Origin: Nemertoderma westbladi
Lineage: Eukaryota; Animalia; Xenacoelomorpha
NCBI GenBank assembly: GCA_032718475.1
Contig: JAUCBJ010006105.1
Coordinates: 1 to 34,481 of the forward strand
DNA length: 34,481 nt
Direction: 5' to 3'
Shown here: piece by piece, positions 9,576-17,293 of the stretch
Layout: the number at the start of each line of letters is the position of its first letter
Numbering within the stretch: position 1 is the stretch's first letter
The notes under the pieces: model-generated
What the model was told of the DNA's origin: nothing
Databases searched by the model: none
What the model saw: only the letters and a program-made list of their open reading frames with translations
Position numbers and translations under genes: made by a program

Positions 9576-10304
9576 ATGGAGAAGGAAATTAGAGCGCAAC
9601 CGCGGAGAGGATTTACTGCTAGAGAGGAGGCGGAGTTACCATTCGCGCGACCGGGATGTAAAGATTCGAACGTTTACTACCATGGGAGGTCGGTGATGGA
9701 GCTAAATGGAAGGTATAAACCCGCGTATGATAAGGAATTAAGGAGGGAAAGAATGAGAGCGTTGGGGGACCGTATGGAAGTTTTGCGGAGAGAGTATCGC
9801 ACTCGGTATCCCTACGACTTCGCTTTAGACGTATGTGACATTAGTGCAGACCTGGATGAGGAGATCGCGCGGGTGTACCATATGAATATGTATTTACGAT
9901 ATGAAGAACCTCTACCTGCAGTCCGAGATCAGTTCGACGGAATGCATCTGTACCGGAGGACTCGAGGCGAGGATCAGGAGACGCCGAAAATCTTCAGCGT
10001 GTACAAGTTGTTTTACAAGTGTGGTGAATGCATGAACAAGCAAGACGTGGCGATTCCCGACCGACTGGACGAGCAACATCCAGAACCGATATTAACGCGA
10101 TGTCAAGCTCACCAGTTCCTTAGATATAACGAGGGAGGTTACCCGATGAGCAACCCGATGATCAGTATCGACTTCAGCGGAAAGCGACCTCCAAGACCCA
10201 TTATGCCGACCGTTACGACATTAGATCCGTATACGGAGATTAAACCCTGTTCGACACCCAGTTTGATAGAGACGGCAGCGGCCATTTCGCTGTACCGAGC
10301 CTAA
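9576..10304 (+). CDS. Accessory ORF segment 1, unknown function (possible CxxC...CxxH metal site)
   Basis: 242-aa ORF with coding-like composition. CGEC (10020) and CQAH (10101). In frame with the next two ORFs; ends in TAA TAG. Confidence 0.7.
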   Translation: MEKEIRAQPRRGFTAREEAELPFARPGCKDSNVYYHGRSVMELNGRYKPAYDKELRRERMRALGDRMEVLRREYRTRYPYDFALDVCDISADLDEEIARVYHMNMYLRYEEPLPAVRDQFDGMHLYRRTRGEDQETPKIFSVYKLFYKCGECMNKQDVAIPDRLDEQHPEPILTRCQAHQFLRYNEGGYPMSNPMISIDFSGKRPPRPIMPTVTTLDPYTEIKPCSTPSLIETAAAISLYRA

Positions 10305-10361
10305 TAGGATCTAGAGGCGCGGCACGAAGCGGCACGGGACTCGGGTACCAAACCCGCGGGT

Positions 10362-11861
10362 TTGGAGCTCTCGAGTCCCTGGACTACATTTACTTCGCCT
10401 CACCGAGCGAGAAACCTCACTCCTGAGCATCAGGACAACATAGACGCGTTGCGGCAGGAGGAGCGAGCGGCGAAGGCGAAAGAGTTATTCGAGAAGCGAA
10501 TAGCGGAGTATAATAAGACCGCGGATAGACATCAAGAGGAGACTAGGAGAGTGACCGGATTTGTTCCACAGGCCGTATCTCAACCCCGACCGGTGTATTA
10601 TTCCGACGGCAACGAACCTGCGATATTGGTAGATCATCCGGAGTCGCGAGAAGCGATAAGATTCTTGCCGATGGTAAGGATGGCGGATCATTGGAACGTT
10701 GACTGTCTATGGGAAGTTTTATGCGCGAAGTTCTTGCGTGATGTCCCGATGCAGATCACGGATTATGACACATTGGACAAGATTGGAGCTCCGGGGAAGG
10801 AGAGCAAATTGTTTGGATGGTTAGATAAGTACATCAAAGTATGGGTCGCGGTGGCTACATTCCCAGACGACGAGGAGGTAGATCAGATGTGGCTGAGGAG
10901 GAAGGGTTCTTACACCCGATATGATGACCACAAGGCTATCGAGCGCATGTGGACCCCATCAGACGAGATTCAGCATCAGTGGAGGAAAACAGAGGAATCA
11001 CTGCAGGATTGGAGGGTGATGTTCTACGGCAATGAAGGAGGGTCCCATCAAGAATGTTTGACTAGCAAGTGCATTCAAATTCGCGCAGCCGATGGTGTGA
11101 CTCATGTGTTTATGCGCGTGAGGGCGGATCGAGAGAGACCGGAGCCCATCATAACGACACAATATCGGAAGGGGAAGGATCCTAGGGAACAGATTTTGGA
11201 GGTATGCAGGCGAGGAGGTATGCACGGAGCGGAGCGTATCGATGCCAGGATGCTACCCAAGAAGGTTAGAGAGGCTATTCTCAACCAAGATTACGTCAAG
11301 GTGGGATCAGGAGTCCAGAGCGATTTGGAGAGTGACTTCAACGCCATGACTGATTTGGAAGATAGATTGCCGAGACCGTTTGTCGACACCAAGCTATTGT
11401 TGCTATGGGCACAGGATATTGGAATTTATAGGGAGTATCCCAACTCTGCTAAGACTGGTATGGGCTTTATAGCACATTTGTTGTATAATTGGGACTTTAA
11501 GTTAAAGACGCAGAAGAAGTACGAGGAGGCGTATGGTGAATACAACACGCCACCGGGAGCGGAGTTCAAATCCCACTTCAAGCGGCAAGCGTTAGTGTAT
11601 TGGAACATTTGCGTGCCACCCCGTGCGTCGCTACAATATTATTTGGTGCTTGAGTCGAACACGGTAACTTGTTTATTAGCGGATATCGTTGCGCGAGTTT
11701 TGAAGCGTCATCCATTGGTATTCGGAGGAGATCAATACGTTCGCTCGAAAGGGGGAATCCAATCCGACGTGATGAAATGTTTCTTAACCCCGTTCTTCAA
11801 CCAATCGTTAGAGAATATGTCGATGGTTAGGAGAGGATTAGCGATATTCGAAGGAGTATGA
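10362..11861 (+). CDS. Accessory ORF segment 2, DEDDy (WRN/EXD/Mut-7-like) 3'-5' exonuclease-like domain, probably degenerate
   Basis: Ordered motif resemblance to WRN-type exonucleases over ~11010-11700: VMFYGNEG (ExoI position), CIQI, LPKKVREAILNQDYVKVGSGVQSDL (ExoII), FVDTKLL, GMGFIAHLLYNWDFK and W..LQYYLVLES (ExoIII position). The TTG start is nominal because the frame is open back to 10308. Confidence 0.72.
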   Translation: MELSSPWTTFTSPHRARNLTPEHQDNIDALRQEERAAKAKELFEKRIAEYNKTADRHQEETRRVTGFVPQAVSQPRPVYYSDGNEPAILVDHPESREAIRFLPMVRMADHWNVDCLWEVLCAKFLRDVPMQITDYDTLDKIGAPGKESKLFGWLDKYIKVWVAVATFPDDEEVDQMWLRRKGSYTRYDDHKAIERMWTPSDEIQHQWRKTEESLQDWRVMFYGNEGGSHQECLTSKCIQIRAADGVTHVFMRVRADRERPEPIITTQYRKGKDPREQILEVCRRGGMHGAERIDARMLPKKVREAILNQDYVKVGSGVQSDLESDFNAMTDLEDRLPRPFVDTKLLLLWAQDIGIYREYPNSAKTGMGFIAHLLYNWDFKLKTQKKYEEAYGEYNTPPGAEFKSHFKRQALVYWNICVPPRASLQYYLVLESNTVTCLLADIVARVLKRHPLVFGGDQYVRSKGGIQSDVMKCFLTPFFNQSLENMSMVRRGLAIFEGV

Positions 11862-11867
11862 CCGTCG

Positions 11868-13052
11868 ATGGAGTATCCGACGCCAGAGGCCTTGGAGAAG
11901 TGGTTCAGGAATCAAACCCGCGGGTTTGGTACTCCCTTCCACTCGGAGGCTGATAGACCCGTTAAGGAGGGTTGGCCGGAGACGTTAGTAGAGGTGTTCG
12001 GAGTAGATCTTCCGGTGGAGAAGACATATCCGAAACGAACGCGGGAGGAAATATTGGAGATACAGGACAAGGGCGAGGATGTTTACTTTGTTCCGGATCG
12101 ACAACCGCTGACCGGAGAGGACGACATCGTATTAGACATTGGGAAAGAAGGAAGTGCGAAACCGATTGGAGACCTCATATACGAGAGGGCCTGGTTTCCA
12201 CAAGCGCGTAGGTGTAAGTTGTGCGGCAGCACAAGGCACAATCAAAAATCGTGCGACGCGGTAGTAGAGGCGGCGCATAAGGTCTGCCGTTGGTGTAATG
12301 AGACCGACCATTCGTTTCACACGTGCACCGTCTTCATTTCTCAATGCGGATACTGTGGGGTAAAGGGGCATCGCAGCGTGAGATGTCAGTTGCGAGATGA
12401 TTCCTTCCAAAACCACAGCGCTAACCTACTTCGGGAGATGCTAGATAAGTGGGAGGGTGTGGCCGACTACCACATCCAAGCGCAGATGCATTGGTTACCA
12501 TTTAAGGCGGGATACGGATTTTGGGCAGTAGACCCATCTCACGTTGCGTATGAGCCGTATCTACAGTCTTTGCCACAATATCAGGAGCTCATCTTGACCG
12601 CTCAAGACCTTCCACAAAACACTAGAGTTATCGTAGTTCGAGAATACTTCAGACAGTTGAATATGGACAACAAGTACACTTGGAACTTCGTTGCTATTTG
12701 CGACCGGATCACGAAAGGTCTGTTTTCGGAAACTAGAAAAGTGGTACGCGCGCGAGGAGATTGGAGGATGGCGGCTATACAGTACCGCAACGAGTTCTTG
12801 TACAAAGATTGCAGCGCAAGGCGCAGGGAGTGTCGGAGAAGGCGCGCGTGCAATTGCAAAAGGAAGAGTTGGCGGAAGCGACCACAGGAGCACGACAATC
12901 GGGACGAGGCCGAGGTAGAAGTACCAGCCGGGAATCTGTCGGGGCTCAGGGAACATCGTCGCCGGTTCCGGGGAGTGACGCCTCATGGACGCCGTCAACA
13001 GAGTCAACTAGAGGAAGATTGGTGTATCTGGGAAGAGGGTGAAAGAGGGTAG
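11868..13052 (+). CDS. Accessory ORF segment 3, triple CCHC zinc-knuckle protein
   Basis: Three CX2CX4HX4C motifs at 12213-12386: CKLCGSTRHNQKSC, CRWCNETDHSFHTC and CGYCGVKGHRSVRC. In frame with segment 2, separated by TGA CCG TCG. Confidence 0.8.
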   Translation: MEYPTPEALEKWFRNQTRGFGTPFHSEADRPVKEGWPETLVEVFGVDLPVEKTYPKRTREEILEIQDKGEDVYFVPDRQPLTGEDDIVLDIGKEGSAKPIGDLIYERAWFPQARRCKLCGSTRHNQKSCDAVVEAAHKVCRWCNETDHSFHTCTVFISQCGYCGVKGHRSVRCQLRDDSFQNHSANLLREMLDKWEGVADYHIQAQMHWLPFKAGYGFWAVDPSHVAYEPYLQSLPQYQELILTAQDLPQNTRVIVVREYFRQLNMDNKYTWNFVAICDRITKGLFSETRKVVRARGDWRMAAIQYRNEFLYKDCSARRRECRRRRACNCKRKSWRKRPQEHDNRDEAEVEVPAGNLSGLREHRRRFRGVTPHGRRQQSQLEEDWCIWEEGERG

Positions 13053-13652
13053 CGAGCCCAAAGAACCCAGGAGCGGGTCGGTAATGCATTTATAGCACGG
13101 GGCGACAGACTCTAGATATGTACATCATCATCGCTCTGATGTATATTGTAGCATTTGGAAATATTCGACTAGACTCATATACACTAGTCATACCGATTTG
13201 AATTTATATTATGAGAGAGGCGAAGGAGGTGATTGGGGAGACAAACCTGCGGGTTTGGCTTACTCCTTTCACCTACCCTAGCAAAAAATTTTTTATATTT
13301 GATCTTGTATGTATCAATCAATCAATCAATCAAATTATATTTATTTAGCGCTAAAAACTTAAATTTAAAATTATACTCTATGTAGTAATCATTATGTAAG
13401 AACGAACGAGAAACAATATTTTGTAAATTTAATTTGTATGTAATTATCGTTAAACAGTGAGAGAGATAATATTTGGTAAATTTAATTTGTATGCAATTCC
13501 ATTATGCAATATCTATGGCAATATTTGTAAATAGTAGAATTTATAGTATCAAGTATTTTAGATTATTTGAAAGAAATTTATTTTGTTTGTATACATCACC
13601 TTATAATCTTCTACAGTTGGAGGGAAACATTGTATGATTTCCCTTGGAGCGG

Positions 13653-15796
13653 TGTTACGGTATATGGCGCTGTATCCACATTGTTAGCCGTTGTACTGTA
13701 TACACAATATTAGTTATTATGCAGTACACATTATTAGCCATTATACAGTATAATATATTGGTTCATTATACAGTATAATATATTAGTCCATTATACTGTA
13801 CGCAATATTAGTCCGTTATGCAGTATAATATTTCAGATAAGACATAATAGCGCAGTGACATTTAGATAAGGAAATTGAAACGCCCATATATTTTGAACTC
13901 ATCCATTTTGTATAGTATGTAGCCCTACCTACGTAATTTTGTAATATGATATAAGTAGATAGTTCCAGGGTAGCAAGTTCAGTTGGACCCTGGATTTCGG
14001 GCTTGCTGTTATTAGCCTTGATGGGCTAGCTATCACGGGTTTGATTTCTTTATAATCGCGCTAAAATAACTTTTGTGCATCATGTTATTAGTACCGCTAA
14101 ATTAAGCATCGGCAAAATTACCTTATATGGTGACGTTTTGTGGGTTTGGGGAGCAATAGGGCTACAATCCGGCTTTCTTATTGGACTAACTGCTTCCAGG
14201 TTGGTCTAATGCTAGCGCGGATTGGAGAGCCAATGAGAGAGCGATTGCATCACCCTTCTCGGATCACCTATAAATTGGCGGTTTGCCGGTAGAGCTGTAC
14301 CAGCAACAACAGCAGCAACTCACTCAGACATATTTAGTGCCATTAAGTTTAGGAGTATAATTTGTGTGTATTTTCTGCATTTCTACCTTTTCGATTAATT
14401 TCTTGGAATGATTCGTTAGTGCTACTATTCTCACTTGTGTTTCTCAATCAATCCCAACGATTACTGCTAATTACAATCGGAACTATGATTTCTACCTCTA
14501 ATGGTTCTATGTAATTCTTTTTGACGCAATAATCCTACGGGATTTTCTGAAACTGTCAGACTGTTGTGATTTGCATGTGTCGCTACGGTAGCTACTTATT
14601 CTGATGGAGGGCTAAGGTGCCGGTAGGCGGTGGGCGCATCGGGGGGTTAGCGACGAAGGGAGTGCGGAGGATTCAAGGGCGAGCAATGTTGGCGGGGGGT
14701 CACCGTTGCGGTCGGGCAACTCGCGCTGTAGCGTAGAGACCGCTCGCTGGTACGGTAATTAGGGGGCTGATGATCCAGGTTTTGTCTCTATTTTAGCATT
14801 AGGGGGGCAGGAATTGGGTTAGTTAGGAAGCCTAGATGTACCCGGGAGAGGCCTGTACGTACTACAGTGTGGAGAGTGAATTGCACAACTGTGGACTACA
14901 CAGTAGTGAACTGCATAATTGCGAGCTATGATTGCTGACGCTGATTGGTGTGTTACTGAAGTGTGCCTAAGATTACGAATGCTTAGATAGGCGCCCTTTT
15001 TCTCTTTGATTGATTTCTATTTCTTAGTTTACAACAAATAATTACTGATTAGGTCAAAGTAATACGGTATTTTAGGCTATTACTAGCGAAACCTGGTGTG
15101 TAATAAAGTAGAATTGCGCATTCTGGAACTCTTAGTAATTAGTACGCTGTTACATATTTGTGACTGTAATTAGTTGGTGAAATTAAGAATTAGTACGCAG
15201 CATAGCGGAGAGTAGCTAAGGTAATAATTAGGATACCGTAAACTATTCACGCTGAGCGGTTGTTTGCATTAGCGGGCAATAAGCTAGATCGCATTATTCA
15301 GTACTCAAAACACTAGTAATTTGCTGGCCTAAAGCCAGCTACAGGCGAATTTAGACCCAGAGCGGTTTTACGCACGTAAAGACAGTGTACTGTACCATTT
15401 TGATTATTTTAAATATTCTCGCATTCACACATTCCGTTGGGGAACCCCCAGTATTCGCGATTAGAAATAACTTAGGCATTATCGTATTACAGTAGTAGAA
15501 TTAGGCGTAAGAATATACTCTGAGTGCAAAGCCTCTCGCACTCGTCTTAAGTAAGCTTAGGGAGCCGACTCGGGTTTATTGTTTTGGTTATTCCCGCGTG
15601 GCTCATAGATTCGAACAGTTAGCTCTCTGTCGAGCGATCGGTAGAGAAAGGAACAAGCGATTTTGCAGGAGCCGTGTAAATTTAGTAAAATATATTAGCG
15701 GACGGCAGATTAGCGCCATCCAACGGTAAGTAGCGGTTTTGTATTTAGCAGCCCTACATTTAGTAATAGCACGCTCCTGATCACCTTTATTTAACA
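13653..15796 (+). repeat. 3' LTR (2144 bp) of the plus-strand BEL/Pao element
   Basis: Starts TGTTACG and ends TTTAACA. Colinear with 23193-24219 plus 27701-28639. Preceded by a short purine-rich GGAGCGG. TATAAA near 14268, AATAAA near 15102, and ~22-bp tandem repeats at ~13680-13830. Confidence 0.88.
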
Positions 15797-15972
15797 GTAG
15801 AGCAGTCTTTGTGTCTTATTGGTTAGGCGGGAACTCATTAGGTTGGCAGAGAAGTATACGGGTATTTGTCTGTTCAACAGTTCTGCTGTTAGTATAGGGG
15901 TCGCGCTAGTTTAACATAAGAGGTTGATGTGTGCAAGTATGTACTGGTACCGTTGACTACTGTACAACCTAC

Positions 15973-16064
15973 TTGCTCTTGAGGACTCCTCCAAAGTAGA
16001 TGATGGTTTATTCAAGGACTTTTTATCCAGCGATTTGTTAGCTTTCTCTGGGCCGGATTCTTCA
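15973..16064 (-). CDS. Candidate short internal exon of an unidentified host gene
   Basis: On the minus strand a long pyrimidine tract ending TTTTGTTCTCTTTTCAG forms the acceptor. It is followed by an open frame EESGPEKANKSLDKKSLNKPSSTLEESSRA and a GTAGGT donor. Confidence 0.4.
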
Positions 16065-16414
16065 CTGAAAAGAGAACAAAAAAACGACAATAAATAAATA
16101 ATTTTATTTTACAGATACCGGAATTGCAGTTTCGTACACTTCCTACCTAGCTTTTTTGAATTTATTTTTAAATTTTTCAAGTACATTGTTTTGATGGTTA
16201 ATAATCGCGTTACAAAATTTCAGATCGATTCTATGTTTGGTATTCGATATATTTCGTTTTTTTGATATTATTTTGTCGCGAAATTATGTATATAGACATT
16301 CATTGACTGTTGTGGCAAAGGAATACATAGAGAGTTGGCTTAGGGGCATTATTAGGCGGGCCTGACCCATTTGAATGCAGCCCTATTAATTAATTAACGA
16401 CCCTGTGCTTATAA

Positions 16415-16555
16415 TAATTCAATCAGCTGGCCTATCATTTAACATCAGTGAGTAACATTATAGATATTCCTATAGAATTCACTGGGAAGAGATATTCAGC
16501 TGGCCGGGTAATACATTATAAACAGTTGATGTTTGATTAATGTCTGTGATAGTGT
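16415..16555 (+). repeat. Dispersed repeat fragment, diverged direct copy at ~32319-32472
   Basis: Both copies share AATTCAATCAGCTGGCCT...CAGTGAGTAAC.TTATAGATATTCC.ATAG.ATTCACTGGGAAGAG.TATTC. Confidence 0.8.
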
Positions 16556-16927
16556 GAGTGAGTAAACACAACCTTACACGTTCGTGGGGCCTTCGCGCAG
16601 CACGAGGCCCAGTTATGAGATACAAATTAAAATTGAGCGACTGTATCACAAAATCACGTTTTGAGAAATTTACCCACACCACCAATCAATCAAACAAAGG
16701 GGGACAGTACGTTCGTTTTTCGAGGTGTTTGTTATTATACATTTATTATAGGAAGGGATCTAGGGGTCTTAACCTCGAATGATAAGTTTATTTTACCGAA
16801 AATAACTTATCTTTTATTGGCGCAATTGTGGGTATAATCCCATCACATGCGTACTTTTTAACCGGGTAGTGTACAAATTTAGGAATCGCGTAATTTTTCT
16901 TGAAATTAATATCTCATATCTCTCCAA

Positions 16928-16970
16928 ACCACGTGCGCGTTTCGACCTTACTGGGTCTCATCAGCGTGGT
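16928..16970 (-). ncRNA. Minimal type I hammerhead ribozyme motif (cleavage triplet variant GCA)
   Basis: Minus strand reads ACCACG CTGATGA GACC cagtaa GGTC GAAA CGCG CA CGTGGT. Stem I is ACCACG/CGTGGT, the core is CUGAUGA and GAAA, stem II is GACC/GGTC, and stem III is a short palindrome. Confidence 0.82.
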
Positions 16971-17030
16971 GTCGGATTCGAACCTGGGACCTCGAGGTGG
17001 AAGCCGAGACTACAACCACTAGGCCACAGG
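16967..17030 (-). promoter_or_regulatory. tRNA-derived internal Pol III promoter (A and B boxes)
   Basis: A box TGGCCTAGTGG (17026-17016) and B box GGTTCGAATCC (16984-16974) at tRNA-like spacing. There is no proper acceptor stem. Confidence 0.75.
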
Positions 17031-17293
17031 TTCTTGAGATATGGAGTATTAATTTCAAAGCCAGCTGCCATTTTATTAGCCCCTGATTTTTTGATTATTG
17101 ATAGTAACAATGTGTTGGCAAGCTGTATTTTTCGAGGTGTTTGTTATTATACATTTATTATAGGAAGGGATCTAGGGGTCTTAACCTCGAATGATAAGTT
17201 TATTTTACCGAAAATAACTTATCTTTTATTGGCGCAATTGTGGGTATAATCCCATCACATGCGTACTTTTTAACCGGGTAGTGTACAAATTTA

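Larger units (their letters stand above)
7159..13257 (+). promoter_or_regulatory. Five dispersed copies of the hairpin/palindrome CAAACC(YGYG)GGTTTG
   Basis: Copies at 7159-7174, 9248-9263, 10349-10364, 11913-11928 and 13242-13257. Most cap a longer imperfect stem. Confidence 0.85.
2517..15796 (+). mobile_element. BEL/Pao LTR retrotransposon with an accessory ORF and 2.1-kb LTR (5' LTR and PBS absent from the window)
   Basis: Domain order is gag-PR-RT-RH-IN, then a downstream ORF, then a TG...CA LTR whose limits are given by the solo copy at 23193-28639. A shared hairpin motif links pol, the spacer, the accessory ORF and the 3' UTR. Confidence 0.85.
16716..17293 (-). mobile_element. 412-bp-period repeat (1.4 units) carrying a tRNA-derived Pol III promoter and a hammerhead motif; retrozyme/SINE-like
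   Basis: 166-bp direct repeats at 16716-16881 and 17128-17293 flank the tRNA-like and hammerhead cassette. Confidence 0.7.

Noticed and set aside
2912-13007. Short antisense and alternate-frame ORFs overlapping gag-pol and the accessory ORF
   Set aside because: These are expected shadows of long coding frames with no independent motifs. The 12761-13042 frame is discussed separately.
9576-13052. env gene in the post-pol position
   Set aside because: No evident signal peptide, transmembrane anchor or glycoprotein-like cysteine pattern. The motifs point to nucleic-acid binding.
16967-17030. Functional tRNA gene (Gly-like TCC loop)
   Set aside because: A and B boxes are present, but the acceptor stem does not pair and the anticodon stem is irregular. 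Treated as a tRNA-derived promoter.
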